Assembly: GCA_965202625.1 (NCBI GenBank)
Contig: CBDBBI010000010.1
Span: 448,001 to 512,000 of the forward strand
DNA length: 64,000 nucleotides
Source: a bacterium
GTDB lineage: Bacteria > UBA8248
Direction: 5' to 3'
Both the position numbers and the translations under genes were made by a program. The notes below the pieces were generated by a model that worked only from the letters and a program-made list of their open reading frames with translations, had not been told where the DNA came from and did not search any database. Positions 20,897 to 31,122 of the stretch are shown here, in pieces (within the stretch, counting starts at the first letter, position 1; each line of letters begins with the position of its first letter).

Positions 20897-21027
20897 TGGG
20901 TTATGTGCAGGCGGCATATGTCGTTGTCCTCGGCGGATTTTTGCTTTACTGGTGGACGCTCAAGATGCGAATGGATACCTTGATTGAGGAGGAGAAAAAA
21001 CTGAACTCCCAAGGAGACTCCTCATGA
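20896..21027 (+). CDS. ccmD: Heme exporter CcmD
   Basis: 43-aa MGYVQAAYVVVLGGFLLYWW.. TM plus charged tail directly after ccmC. Confidence 0.75.
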   Translation: MGYVQAAYVVVLGGFLLYWWTLKMRMDTLIEEEKKLNSQGDSS

Positions 21028-21517
21028 CGCGTTTTTGGCTCGCTTCGTGCTTGCTGGTCGCGATTTCTCTCTTCCAGCGGTGCCAGCAGCCGCGTCTGGC
21101 GCCAGGACCACTTTCTCCGAGGTGGCGAGCGCCATTATGAGTCCCGTTTGTCCAGGGAAATTGCTGCACGACTGCCCGAGCGGCGAGGGTGCCCAGCTCA
21201 GGGAACTCGTGCGCCGCAAGATATTCGCGGGCGAGACGAAAGAGCAGATAATTGAATATTTCGTCCAAACCTATGGGCGAGACGTCTTGCCCCACCCACC
21301 GGCGGAGGGTTTTTATCTGACTGCGTGGCTCCTCCCCTTCGGTGGGTTGCTGGCGGGGTTTGGCGTGGTGTTCGTCCTCGTAAGAGCGTGGACGATGCGC
21401 CCGGAAGGTGAGGGCGAAAGCGCGGAGCGGGGAGAGATGACTCAAAACCAGGACGCCGGTCTGGATGATCCGATGGAGAATCGCCTGCGGCGCGAGCTGG
21501 GCGATTTCGAGGGCTGA
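21024..21517 (+). CDS. ccmH: CcmH-like cytochrome c biogenesis protein (apparent frameshift near 21070)
   Basis: ATG 21024 overlaps the ccmD stop and gives signal MTRFWLASCLLVAISL; the body SPVCPGKLLHDC..YFVQTYGRDVL..P..AWLLP is in another frame. Confidence 0.75.
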
Positions 21518-21551
21518 ATCTTCATCCCCTTGAAAAGCGGGAGTTTTCAGG

Positions 21552-22232
21552 ATGTCCTATGATTTTAGGGCCGAGCTTGCGAGAAACGTTGATGGACTCT
21601 CGCGCTCCCCCGCGCGCGCCAGGTGGCGCCTTATTATAGCCATGATGGTCAGCCTCGTTCTGGTGGTCTTGGCGATGATGTATCTGAGAGATCTGGCGGA
21701 AGCGCCGGTGCAAAAAGAAGTGAGCAAACAAGAGGAGCGAACGCCCCCCGAAACGGGGGACGCCTTCTTGTTTCGGGACATGGGTTTTCTGCGGCAGGCG
21801 AAGCGTGCCGACGCACCGGAAATTCTCTCAAAAACGCTTGATAGCCGTAACCATTCGTTGAAACAGCACACAGGAAAGATCGTTCTGATAAACTTTTGGG
21901 CGACGTGGTGCCAGCCCTGCGTTCGGGAGATGCCCTCAATTGAGCGGCTTTATCAAAAATATAAGGCGCGAGGTTTTGAGATTGTGGCGGTATCGCTGGA
22001 CCAGAGCGATCATGATGAGGTGCGGGCTTTCGCCGAGAAGTTGAATCTGACTTTCCCCATCGTTCTGGACCCCGAGCACAAGGTGAAAGCCCTCTACAAG
22101 GTGCGGGGCCTGCCGACGACCTACCTCGTGGACAAAAAGGGCCAGGTGGCGGGGTATGGGGTAGGACCTCGGGAGTGGGACAACGAGGCGGCATACGCCT
22201 TGGTGGGGCATTTGCTCAATGAGAAAAACTGA
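21552..22232 (+). CDS. TlpA/ResA family thiol-disulfide reductase
   Basis: INFWATWCQPCVREMP, GLPTTY. Confidence 0.92.
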   Translation: MSYDFRAELARNVDGLSRSPARARWRLIIAMMVSLVLVVLAMMYLRDLAEAPVQKEVSKQEERTPPETGDAFLFRDMGFLRQAKRADAPEILSKTLDSRNHSLKQHTGKIVLINFWATWCQPCVREMPSIERLYQKYKARGFEIVAVSLDQSDHDEVRAFAEKLNLTFPIVLDPEHKVKALYKVRGLPTTYLVDKKGQVAGYGVGPREWDNEAAYALVGHLLNEKN

Positions 22233-22817
22233 AGACGTTCTTAAACGCGCTGCTCCCGATCAACGAAAAGCGAAAAGGCTGGCCGTTTCGTTTATATTGG
22301 TGCCCGTACTACTGACGCTGCTCTGGGGAGTGGGCGAGTACCTGGCGACGGAGCGGCCCGAGGGAGTGCTCGGGCCCAGCCCGGAGATCGGCGGCGCGGC
22401 CCCGCTGTTCGACTATCCGGTTCTGGGCGGGGGGCGTATTTCCCTGGCGGAGCAGAGGAATAAGGTGGTGCTCATCAACGTATGGGCCACATGGTGTGCC
22501 CCATGCCTGCAGGAGATGCCGGACTTGCAGCGTCTGTATGAGAGGCTGAAAAAGATGGCACGCCGTTTGAGATATTTGCGGTGAGCATCGACGCTCTAGG
22601 GGCGGACGCGGTCCGAAGTTTCGTGGGTCGTTTTGGTCTCACGTTTCCGGTTCTATTGGATCCGCGCGGGAGCGTGAAAAAACTGTATCGGACCACGGGC
22701 GTGCCGGAGACTTTCATCGTGGGGACTCAGGGCCGTCTTCTGCAAAAAATAATCGGCACGCGAAAATGGGACGCGCCGGCGGTTGTCGCTTACCTCAAGC
22801 GCGCGGCGCAATCCTGA
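22219..22817 (+). pseudogene. Second TlpA/ResA-like thioredoxin, split by a 1-nt deletion in an A-run near 22550 (may be a sequencing error)
   Basis: WATWCAPCLQEMP in the first part; adding one A gives LKKDGTPFEIFAVSID..GVPETF. Confidence 0.75.
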
Positions 22818-22974
22818 ACGGGCGATCTCCAAGAGCGAAAGGCGAAAAAAAACGGCGGGGCCGGGGCGAGCGGCCTAGTAAAATCCGCGCACGCCTTGAA
22901 ATCCTCCTTTTTGGGGGTATGTGTGCCCCTTTCCGGCCTTCGAGGGGGGAGCCGTGCGCGCCTTCTCGCCCTTA

Positions 22975-24072
22975 TTAAATTTCAAAACCGAGCTCCATCT
23001 CCTCGTTCAGCCTTTGTATCTGTTCCAGAACGGCGGGGGTAATGGGGACGCCAATGTGTTTGTTTTCTTCCTCGGCGATCGCTTCCGGCTCGCCATGGAT
23101 GTAGATGCGATCGTGGCCGGGTGTCTTTCTAGCCCCCCGAATAGTTTCAAAGAGCTTTCCCATGTCGTGGAACGTGGCGGCCAAATCCCTGAAGCCGGCC
23201 GTCTTGATCGCGCCCATGAAGTGGCCGGTGGCGGATTTCGACGTGCCTGCCGCGCCCGCCATTCGGCTTTCCAAACCCGCGCCGGAGAGCGCACCGCAGA
23301 GAATCTCTACCATCAGCTGGAGGCCGTAGCCTTTGTGTCCCCCGTTCTCGTCCCCCTCGCCGCCCAGGGGCACCAGCGGCGTCTCGTAATTGAGGATACT
23401 GTTCTCGTTCAGAGTAGGTGTTCCTAGCGAGGAGAGCACCCAGCCCTTGGGGATTTCGCGCCCCTCCCGGAGTGCCGTCTCGATTTTGCCCACGGCGGTG
23501 ACGGAGGTGGCCATGTCGAGATGAAAATCGGTTCCTCCCGGTCCGCCCGGTATTGCCACACTCATCGGGTTCGTTCCGAAAATTGCTTCCGCGCCAAAGG
23601 TGGGGGCGGTGCGGCGCCCTCCGTTCGTCATGCTGATGCCGATGAAGCCCGCATCCATCGCTTTTTTCGCCCAATAGCCCGCATAGCCGAAGTGGCTGCT
23701 GTTCCGGACGGTAACGAAGCCCGATCCGTGCTTCTCCGCCATGGAGATAGACTCCTCCATCGCGCGGTTGGAGGCGACGATGCCGATGGCGTCGTCCGCG
23801 TCGAGAAGTCCGGTGGTGTCGCTTCCCCTGTGGAACTTCATAGCGGGCCTGGCGTTCAGCACGCCGTTTTCGAGCCGAAGCATGAAAAAACTCAAGCGCG
23901 CTGCCCCGTGGCTGCGGATGCCTCTCATATCCGCGCTCACCAGTACCTTCGCCACCAGCCTCGCGTCATTCTCAGGAACATCCTTGCTACGGAAGATGGC
24001 GTAGATGAATTCTTCGATGACTTGTGCGGGAAAACGCACTGTGCCTTCGGGCAGTGGTCCGGACTCAACCAT
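22975..24072 (-). CDS. Ldh_2 family oxidoreductase
   Basis: RGIRSHG, NSSHFG, GTNP, LDMATS, GHKGYGL. Confidence 0.92.
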   Translation of the reverse strand: MVESGPLPEGTVRFPAQVIEEFIYAIFRSKDVPENDARLVAKVLVSADMRGIRSHGAARLSFFMLRLENGVLNARPAMKFHRGSDTTGLLDADDAIGIVASNRAMEESISMAEKHGSGFVTVRNSSHFGYAGYWAKKAMDAGFIGISMTNGGRRTAPTFGAEAIFGTNPMSVAIPGGPGGTDFHLDMATSVTAVGKIETALREGREIPKGWVLSSLGTPTLNENSILNYETPLVPLGGEGDENGGHKGYGLQLMVEILCGALSGAGLESRMAGAAGTSKSATGHFMGAIKTAGFRDLAATFHDMGKLFETIRGARKTPGHDRIYIHGEPEAIAEEENKHIGVPITPAVLEQIQRLNEEMELGFEI

Positions 24073-24253
24073 GAAAACCTCCTCGAAAATTTTGGCGATG
24101 CGGTTGATTTCTCGCTATTTTAGTCTTTTTCTGAGGTTTTTGCGAAATCGCTCCCACCTGCGCCTCACCTTGCGGTGCGCGCCCTTGTTTTGTCAAAATG
24201 CGCCTCTTTTCTCAGAGAGTGCGGAGAAGTGACTGCGCGATGAAAGGTGAGAC

Positions 24254-25306
24254 ATGAAAACGGCCCGTATAGCGGTGGTGCGCGGAGACGGAATCGCTCA
24301 CGAGGTGATGCCCGAGGCGGAGGAGACGCTCAGGGCCGCGGCCGAGGCGGCCTCGTTTTCCGTTGCGTTTGAATACTTCGACTGGGGGAGCGAGCGCTAC
24401 CTGAAAGAGGGCAGGGGGATGCCCAAGGATGGATGCGATGCACTTCGGGGGTTCGACGCCGTGTTTCAGGGGGCGGTTGGCGATCCGAGGGTTCCGGGTT
24501 CGATCGTGCAGGAGCAGGTGATTCTGGGCGTTCGCTTCGGGCTCGACCTCTACACCAACATCCGGCCATGCAGGCTGTATCATACGGACTTGACGCCGCT
24601 CAAGAACTTGGGCGCGGGCGATGTCGACCATGTGGTTGTTCGGGAGAACACGGAGGGCCTGTTCGCCAACGTGGGCGGTTTCTTCAAGCAAGGGACGAAA
24701 GACGAGGTCGCTTTTCAAGAAGAGGTGCACACCTACAAGGGGGTGGAGCGCGTCATTCGGGCGTCGTTCGCGTTCGCCAGACGCCATGGGAGAAGAAAGG
24801 TCACCATGGCGGACAAGGCGAGCGGACTTCGCTACGCGGGGGGAATATGGCGCCGCGTTTTTGAGGAGGTGAGGGCGGATTTTGGCGATATCGAATCAGA
24901 GGCGCGGCACATCGACGCGGTGGCGATGGAGGTGATTCAGCATCCTAAGGACTTCGACGTCATCGTCACCAACAACATGTTTGGCGACATTCTGAGCGAC
25001 GTCACCTCCGCTCTCGTGGGCGGCCTGGGCCTGGCGCCTTCGGCGAACGTGAACCTTGAGGGGGTCTCGATGTTCGAGCCGGTACACGGCACGGCTCCCG
25101 ACATCCATGGACGCGGCGTCGCGAACCCCATGGCGGCTATCCTCACGGGCGCCCTTTTGCTGGATCATCTCGACTGTGAGGCGGGCGGCGGCGCCATTCG
25201 GCGCGCGGTGGAGGAGGCCATCCGTCATGGGGAGCGCACTCCGGACCTGGGAGGCGATTTGCGCACGAGAGAATGTGGGGACGCAGTCCGAAACAGATTG
25301 AGGTAA
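24254..25306 (+). CDS. Isocitrate/isopropylmalate/tartrate dehydrogenase family protein
   Basis: GDGIAHEV, RENTEG, NMFGDILSD, FEPVHGTAPDI. Confidence 0.92.
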   Translation: MKTARIAVVRGDGIAHEVMPEAEETLRAAAEAASFSVAFEYFDWGSERYLKEGRGMPKDGCDALRGFDAVFQGAVGDPRVPGSIVQEQVILGVRFGLDLYTNIRPCRLYHTDLTPLKNLGAGDVDHVVVRENTEGLFANVGGFFKQGTKDEVAFQEEVHTYKGVERVIRASFAFARRHGRRKVTMADKASGLRYAGGIWRRVFEEVRADFGDIESEARHIDAVAMEVIQHPKDFDVIVTNNMFGDILSDVTSALVGGLGLAPSANVNLEGVSMFEPVHGTAPDIHGRGVANPMAAILTGALLLDHLDCEAGGGAIRRAVEEAIRHGERTPDLGGDLRTRECGDAVRNRLR

Positions 25307-25345
25307 AAATGTCTTGCGGCGAATTATTCACGCAGTGTATAGGGG

Positions 25346-25711
25346 ATGAAAATGCCGAAAAAATCCGTGATGGACGTTGAGAAAGCCCCTTTCAGTCCGG
25401 TGGACTGGGGGCAGACGAAGATTCTGGTGAGCCCGGACGCGAACGGCTCCGAGCACGTCCGCGTGGGACTCACCGAATACCATCCCGACACTCCACACGA
25501 GCCGCACGCCCACCCCGGGCAGGAGGAAGTCATTTGGGTGTTGAGCGGGCGGGGCTATACGGAGACGAAGGGCGAGAAAATCGACCTCTATCCGGGGGCG
25601 GTGGCGTTCATTCCCGCCGGTATGGAGCACAAGACGGCGGCGGTGGACAATACGATGCGGGCGATCATTATCAAGGGCCCGGTCCGCGACGCCGACGGGG
25701 TGACGAGCTAG
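25346..25711 (+). CDS. Cupin domain protein
   Basis: HAHPGQEEVIWVLSG, IPAGMEH. Confidence 0.88.
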   Translation: MKMPKKSVMDVEKAPFSPVDWGQTKILVSPDANGSEHVRVGLTEYHPDTPHEPHAHPGQEEVIWVLSGRGYTETKGEKIDLYPGAVAFIPAGMEHKTAAVDNTMRAIIIKGPVRDADGVTS

Positions 25712-26018
25712 AAAGTTAGAACAAAGTAACCGTATGCTTGACGCGCATCATCGCGCCTCTCGTCTTTGCACTTTGCCCTGTCACTCCTGAATATCGGATC
25801 GGCACCTTTCTAAAGCGTTTCCATAGGCCGTGTGAGAGCACCACCGAATGGCCAATGTTGAACGTGTTTGTCGCTTAAATGAAATGGTGGCTCACTTCGC
25901 AGCGACGGGAAATGGTCGCAACAGTGAAATGATGAATGGCGTCTTGTTCGGCTCGCTCGTCGGGGCTGAAAGAGCGTTTTTTAGAGGTTTTTGAGACGTC
26001 CGCCACGCCCATCACGCA

Positions 26019-27054
26019 TCACGACGCGGCCAGCGCAACCCGCTCTCCCTGAGCTTCGAATTTCGTCCCAAAAGGCTCATTGAGGGTTTTCATGACGTCC
26101 ATGATTCTGCGGCCCGCTCCACGTTTTGGGGAATGGAGCCTGGGTCTTGAGAATACGCCGGCCGTCGCAGGAATGAAGTAGGGTTCCTTCACGCCGGCAT
26201 GGGTCAGCGCGCAGCCGAACAGGAAGGTGTCGTGGGTCTCTTCCGTGAAGAAGGAAATCTCGAAATCAAACATGAGGTTTCCCATGCTATAGACGATGGG
26301 CGCACCTTTATAGAATTCGACCGCTTGGAGAACGTGCGGATGGCCGCCCAAAATGAGGTGTGCGCCTGCGTCGACTGCCGCGTGGGCGATTTCGCGCTGA
26401 AAATCCATGACCGCGCGCGTCATGCTCACTCCCCAGTGGTGGTTCACAATCACGACGTCGGCTTCTTTTCGGAGATTTCTTATCTCGCGCTTCATTCGCG
26501 CAAGATGGGCGGGTTCCGCCCATGTGTCGATATGAGGCGCAGTGCCCGGATACTCGGAAAGGTCGCGCCAGGGGCGATAGCCGGTATGGGCGCGGACGGG
26601 GTTCACCCCCGGAGCGTCAGCCGTCGCTTCGAACCCTCTCGGTATGACGGAGCAATATGCCAGAAAGCCGACTGTGAGGTTTCCGCGCTCCAGGAGTAGG
26701 GGTTTTCTCGCCTCCTCAAGGCGCATCCCTCCACCGACGAGCGGAATTTCGTGCGAATCCATGAGCGTCAGAGTTTCCGCGAAAGCTTCCTCTCCATAGT
26801 CGAGGACATGGTTGTTCGCAAAGGCCATAGCGTCGAAACCGGCCTCGGCGAGGGCGTGCGCCATATCCGGCGCGCCGCGCAAAAGTATTTTCTCAGATTG
26901 AGGTTTTCCGCCGTGAGACAGGGGGAGTTCTAGGTTGGCGAAGGAGACGTCGGCGTCTCGAAGGAGGGGAATAAGACCGCCGAATGCGCCTTTGGGATCG
27001 GCGCGGTTGATGGCGACATCTCCACCTGCCAGAAACTTGATCTCGCTTCTCTCA
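26019..27054 (-). CDS. CapA family (PGA_cap) metallophosphoesterase; start codon out of frame with the body
   Basis: Frame open to about 27047 with FLAGGDV, FANLE, ANNHVLDYG, HWG, GGHPHVLQ, YSMGN; GTG near 27054 is offset by a GA repeat. Confidence 0.85.
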
Positions 27055-27069
27055 CGGGAGGACAGGGGG

Positions 27070-28167
27070 CTATTCCGTCAGGCAAAGGCCGTGATCCGGC
27101 ATGAAGGAGAGATAGACCTTTTGGCCAAGTGCCAGCTGCTCAAAGTGGTCGATTTGAACGCCTACCTCGTGTGGGCCGACCCTGACTTGGCAGTCTAAAA
27201 AGTTGCCCAGGTATACGGTGTCGATCACCTCGCCTTCCATCAGGTTTACTACGCCAACGGGTTTTTCGAGGTGAAGAACAATGTCTTCGGGGCGGATGCT
27301 CAGGATAATTTTTCCTCCGACAGACGCGCTTTGCGCACCGACAGCCTTGAGGCGGATGGGCGCGTTTTCATCACCGAGGGGAATTTCCATGTCCGCCGCG
27401 CTTGCGTCGTGGCCGAGCAGCTTCCCTTCCAGGAGATTTGCCACGCCAATGAAATTTGCCACGAATGCATTCGCCGGCTCGGCGTAGATGGTCTCCGGGT
27501 CTCCGATTTGCTGGATGACGCCCTTGTCCATTACCACGACCTTGTCGCTCATGACGAGCGCCTCGGTCTGATCGTGTGTTACGTAGATAGAGGTGATGCC
27601 CACGTCATGTTGCAAGCGCGTGAGTTCGATGCGCATCTGCTCCCTGAGCTTGGCGTCGAGGTTGCTCAGGGGTTCGTCGAACAGCACCACCTTCGGGTTG
27701 TAGACGATGGCGCGGGCGAGGGCGACGCGCTGCCGCTGCCCGCCGGAGAGGTTCGTGGCGTAGCGCTTGGCGAAATAGCCGAGGCCCACGAGGTCGAGTG
27801 CTTTCTTGGTCTTTTCCCGGATGACGGCCTTCGATTCGCGCCTTACCCGCAGGCCGTAGGCCACGTTGTCGAAAACCGTCATATGCGGCCAGACGGCGTA
27901 GCTCTGAAAGACCATGCCGAGGTTTCTCTCCTCTGGCGTCAGGAAAACGTCGTTTTCAACGGATGTGACGTATTCCCCCTCAATTTGAATATCTCCACTA
28001 TCAGGGTGTTCAAGGCCGGCGATGCACCTGAGCGTCGTGGTTTTTCCGCAACCCGAAGGCCCTAGTAGGGTGACGAACTCCCCTTGAGCCACGGAGAGGT
28101 CAATACCCGCGACAGCCATTTCCGGCCCGAATGATTTCACCAACTTGCTGATCTCTACGAATGACAC
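27070..28167 (-). CDS. ABC transporter ATP-binding protein (PotA/FbpC-like)
   Basis: GPSGCGKT, LSGGQ, FDEPLSNLD, TOBE C-terminus. Confidence 0.95.
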   Translation of the reverse strand: MSFVEISKLVKSFGPEMAVAGIDLSVAQGEFVTLLGPSGCGKTTTLRCIAGLEHPDSGDIQIEGEYVTSVENDVFLTPEERNLGMVFQSYAVWPHMTVFDNVAYGLRVRRESKAVIREKTKKALDLVGLGYFAKRYATNLSGGQRQRVALARAIVYNPKVVLFDEPLSNLDAKLREQMRIELTRLQHDVGITSIYVTHDQTEALVMSDKVVVMDKGVIQQIGDPETIYAEPANAFVANFIGVANLLEGKLLGHDASAADMEIPLGDENAPIRLKAVGAQSASVGGKIILSIRPEDIVLHLEKPVGVVNLMEGEVIDTVYLGNFLDCQVRVGPHEVGVQIDHFEQLALGQKVYLSFMPDHGLCLTE

Positions 28168-28178
28168 CTTGTCGTCCT

Positions 28179-29270
28179 CTAGGGCCTGACGGCCAGCGTA
28201 TGGTTGGGGTCCAGGCGGACATAGACCTTCTCGCCCACACGCAGGCGCTCACGCGAGTGCGCCAGCACCTTCCACTCGAATTCTCCCCATTTCACCCGGC
28301 AATCGAGGTAGTTCCCCAAAAAGACGGACTGGATCACCTCGCCCTCGATTCGGGGGTCTCCCCCCGGTTCGCGCGAGGCGTCCACATTCTCGGGACGAAC
28401 CGAGAGGTAGGCAGCATCGCCCTCCGAGAGGCCCTCGGCGAGCAGGCAGGGCAGCCGCACGCTCTCCTCTCCCTGCGCTATCTCAATGCCCTCCTCACCG
28501 CTGTTTTGGACGATTCTTCCCTTGGCCAAGTTCGCCACGCCAATGAAATCACTCACGAATCTGTTCACGGGCCGCGCGTAGATGGCGTGGGGGCCGCCCG
28601 ACTGTTCAATGTTCCCCTTGCTCATCACAATGATCTCGTCGCTCATGACGAGGGCTTCCGCCTGGTCGTGCGTTACATAGACGGAGGTGATGCCGATTTC
28701 GTGCTGAATCCGCTTGAGCTCGACGCGCATCTGCTCTCTGAGCTTTGCGTCAAGGTTGCTCAGAGGTTCGTCGAAGAGCAAAAGGCGCGGCTGAAAGACC
28801 ATGGCGCGCGCGAGTGCTGCCCTTTGCTGCTGACCGCCCGATAGCTGGGTGGCCATTTTGTCCGCCATGTCGGATAGGCCGACGATTTTCAGCGCTTCGG
28901 CGACGCGATCGTCAATTTCGGTTTGTGGGACGTCGCGTATCTCCAGCGGGTAGGCCACGTTTTGGGTCACGTTCATGTGCGGCCAGATGGCGTAGCTTTG
29001 AAAGACCATGCCGATGTTGCGCTTCTCTGGAGCGACGTTGACGCGCTTCTTCACCGAGGTGACCAGCTCGGTCCCGATGCGAATCTCGCCCGCGTCCGGT
29101 TTATGGAGTCCGGCGATGCACATGAGGGTGGTGGTCTTCCCGCAACCTGAGGGGCCGAGCAAGGTGAGAAATTTCCCCTCCGGAACGCCGAATGATATGC
29201 CGTCCACGGCGCGGTCGTCCCCGAAGTATTTGATGAGGTTGTTGATTTCTAGATAGGCGTTTTCGTTCAT
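28179..29270 (-). CDS. ABC transporter ATP-binding protein (paralog of the adjacent gene)
   Basis: GPSGCGKT, LSGGQQQR, FDEPLSNLD. Confidence 0.95.
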   Translation of the reverse strand: MNENAYLEINNLIKYFGDDRAVDGISFGVPEGKFLTLLGPSGCGKTTTLMCIAGLHKPDAGEIRIGTELVTSVKKRVNVAPEKRNIGMVFQSYAIWPHMNVTQNVAYPLEIRDVPQTEIDDRVAEALKIVGLSDMADKMATQLSGGQQQRAALARAMVFQPRLLLFDEPLSNLDAKLREQMRVELKRIQHEIGITSVYVTHDQAEALVMSDEIIVMSKGNIEQSGGPHAIYARPVNRFVSDFIGVANLAKGRIVQNSGEEGIEIAQGEESVRLPCLLAEGLSEGDAAYLSVRPENVDASREPGGDPRIEGEVIQSVFLGNYLDCRVKWGEFEWKVLAHSRERLRVGEKVYVRLDPNHTLAVRP

Positions 29271-29274
29271 CGTC

Positions 29275-31023
29275 CTACGCGGTGAGCGCCTCTTTGCCGG
29301 CGACTCTTCTAAAGATGACGACGCACGCGAGAAGCGCAATCGTCTGCGCGATGGAAAGGGCCGCCGTCATCGGTTCGTTTTCAAAGTTGGACAGGTAATA
29401 GACGCCGACGGAGAGCGTCTCCGTGCCGGCGGAGTAAAGTATAATGGAGATGGAGAGTTCTCGGAGGAATATGACGAACAGGAGTATCCATCCAGCGAAG
29501 ATGCCGGGCTTGAGAAGCGGAATTGTGATTCTTCGCAAGGTCGTGAGCCAAGAGGCGCCCGCCATACGCGAGCTCTGGTCGAGTTCTTCCGATACGGCCA
29601 TCATTATGGAGGAGATGTTTCTCTGCCCATAAGGGAAGAAGCGCGTGATGTAGCCAAGCAGCAGTATCCAGAGGGTGGCGTAGATGGGGGTTCTGATGTA
29701 GGTGACGAGAACGCCCATCGCCAGAACGATGCCGGGGAAGCCAATGGGGAGCACGCTCAGAAAATCGAGAGCCCTCGCGCCGAAGCCCTTGGTGCGGTGG
29801 ATCATGTAGCTCACGACGATTGCCACCACCATAGCGATGGAAGCGCCGCCGAACGCGAGGATGAAGCTGTTGATGATGCCGTTCGTGGCCGCCTGGATGC
29901 TTTCCGGCCACCAGAAGAAAAGCACCTTCTGGTAGTTCCAAAAGGTGAGTTCCGACCAGATAATCCGCCCCGACCATATCTTGTGAAGACTCACGAAAAA
30001 AAGGCAGATGATGGGAAATACCACGGCGACGCAAACGTAGAGCATGTTGTAGGCGAAGGCGAGCCACTTCCAGTGTCCCAAGTCTATCAGATTCGGCCGA
30101 AAGCCTTTGCCGGTCACCGTCGTGTAAGAGCGTGGGGCGATGATTCTGTGCTGAATCCATATGAAGAACGCCGTCACCACGCCCACCACCATGCTCATGG
30201 CAGCGCCGAGATAGTGGTTGGCATCGTCGCCCACCGCTTTTGTGAAAATCTGCGTCGTCAGAGTCTCCCAACCGAAGGGAGCGGAGAGCTTGAAGGGAAC
30301 GCCGAACTCTCCGGCCGTCGTCACGAAGACGATGATGGCACCCGATAGAATCGCCGGTGTCACCAAGGGCAGCGTGATGGTCATGGTGGTGCGGAATAGG
30401 CCGGCTCCCGTCGTTCGGGCGCTGTCTTCAAGCGATGGGTCCATGCGGCGCAGGGAACCCACGACAAACAGATAGACGAGGGGGGCGAAGAATAGCCCCG
30501 TCACCCAGATGACGCCCCACAGGTTGTTGACGTTGAAAAGGGGAAAAGAGACGCCGAGGGTCGATTTCGCCATATTGTTGAGGAGGCCGATCTTGGGAGA
30601 GGCCAGGTTGTGCCAGGCGATGGCACCGACGAAAGGGCTCAGAAAGAAGGGAATGAGGTTGAAGGGTTCGAGCTTCTCTCGTCCCGGGCAGTTGGTTCTC
30701 GCATTAATCCACGCGAGCGATACGCCCAGGAACGTAGCGAGAACGGTGCAGCCTGTGCTGATGATGGCAGTGTTGACGAGAGCTTTTCTGATGACGCGGC
30801 CTTGGAATATCTCCCTGTAGTTCTGGAGGCCCCACTCGGTGTCAAAGCCTAGGTCGTCAAGCACCAAAAAGGAATTGATGATGAGTGCGAACAATGGCAG
30901 AATGACCGCCACCGCCACGATGAGGCCGACGACGGTCGTGATGATGTTCTCCTGCGTGAACCAGGCTCTCCAGCCGCTCGGGGGGGCGACTTCAAATTGG
31001 GGCATCGCGGTGTTTGTGGTCAT
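29275..31023 (-). CDS. ABC transporter permease, fused double domain (FbpB-like)
   Basis: Two EAA-like loops (LEDSARTTGA, LDQSSRMAGA), many TMs. Confidence 0.93.
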   Translation of the reverse strand: MTTNTAMPQFEVAPPSGWRAWFTQENIITTVVGLIVAVAVILPLFALIINSFLVLDDLGFDTEWGLQNYREIFQGRVIRKALVNTAIISTGCTVLATFLGVSLAWINARTNCPGREKLEPFNLIPFFLSPFVGAIAWHNLASPKIGLLNNMAKSTLGVSFPLFNVNNLWGVIWVTGLFFAPLVYLFVVGSLRRMDPSLEDSARTTGAGLFRTTMTITLPLVTPAILSGAIIVFVTTAGEFGVPFKLSAPFGWETLTTQIFTKAVGDDANHYLGAAMSMVVGVVTAFFIWIQHRIIAPRSYTTVTGKGFRPNLIDLGHWKWLAFAYNMLYVCVAVVFPIICLFFVSLHKIWSGRIIWSELTFWNYQKVLFFWWPESIQAATNGIINSFILAFGGASIAMVVAIVVSYMIHRTKGFGARALDFLSVLPIGFPGIVLAMGVLVTYIRTPIYATLWILLLGYITRFFPYGQRNISSIMMAVSEELDQSSRMAGASWLTTLRRITIPLLKPGIFAGWILLFVIFLRELSISIILYSAGTETLSVGVYYLSNFENEPMTAALSIAQTIALLACVVIFRRVAGKEALTA

Positions 31024-31047
31024 GGCCTCTCATGCCCAATCAGATGG

Positions 31048-31095
31048 CCCCGGAACGGGGGAGAGCCCTCTGCGGGCCCCCGCCCCGTTCCGGGG
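31048..31095 (-). other. Strong intercistronic stem-loop after the SBP gene (mRNA stabiliser or attenuator)
   Basis: CCCCGGAACGGGG ... CCCCGTTCCGGGG 13-bp inverted repeat. Confidence 0.6.
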
Positions 31096-31122
31096 GAAAG
31101 CATTGACCGATAGACGGTCGCC

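Noticed and set aside
22540-22560. Programmed ribosomal frameshift in the second tlpA
   Set aside because: A single missing A in a homopolymer explains it; I know of no such recoding in this family
25712-26018. Intergenic sequence as a gene or IS remnant
   Set aside because: No recognisable frame, motif or terminal repeat
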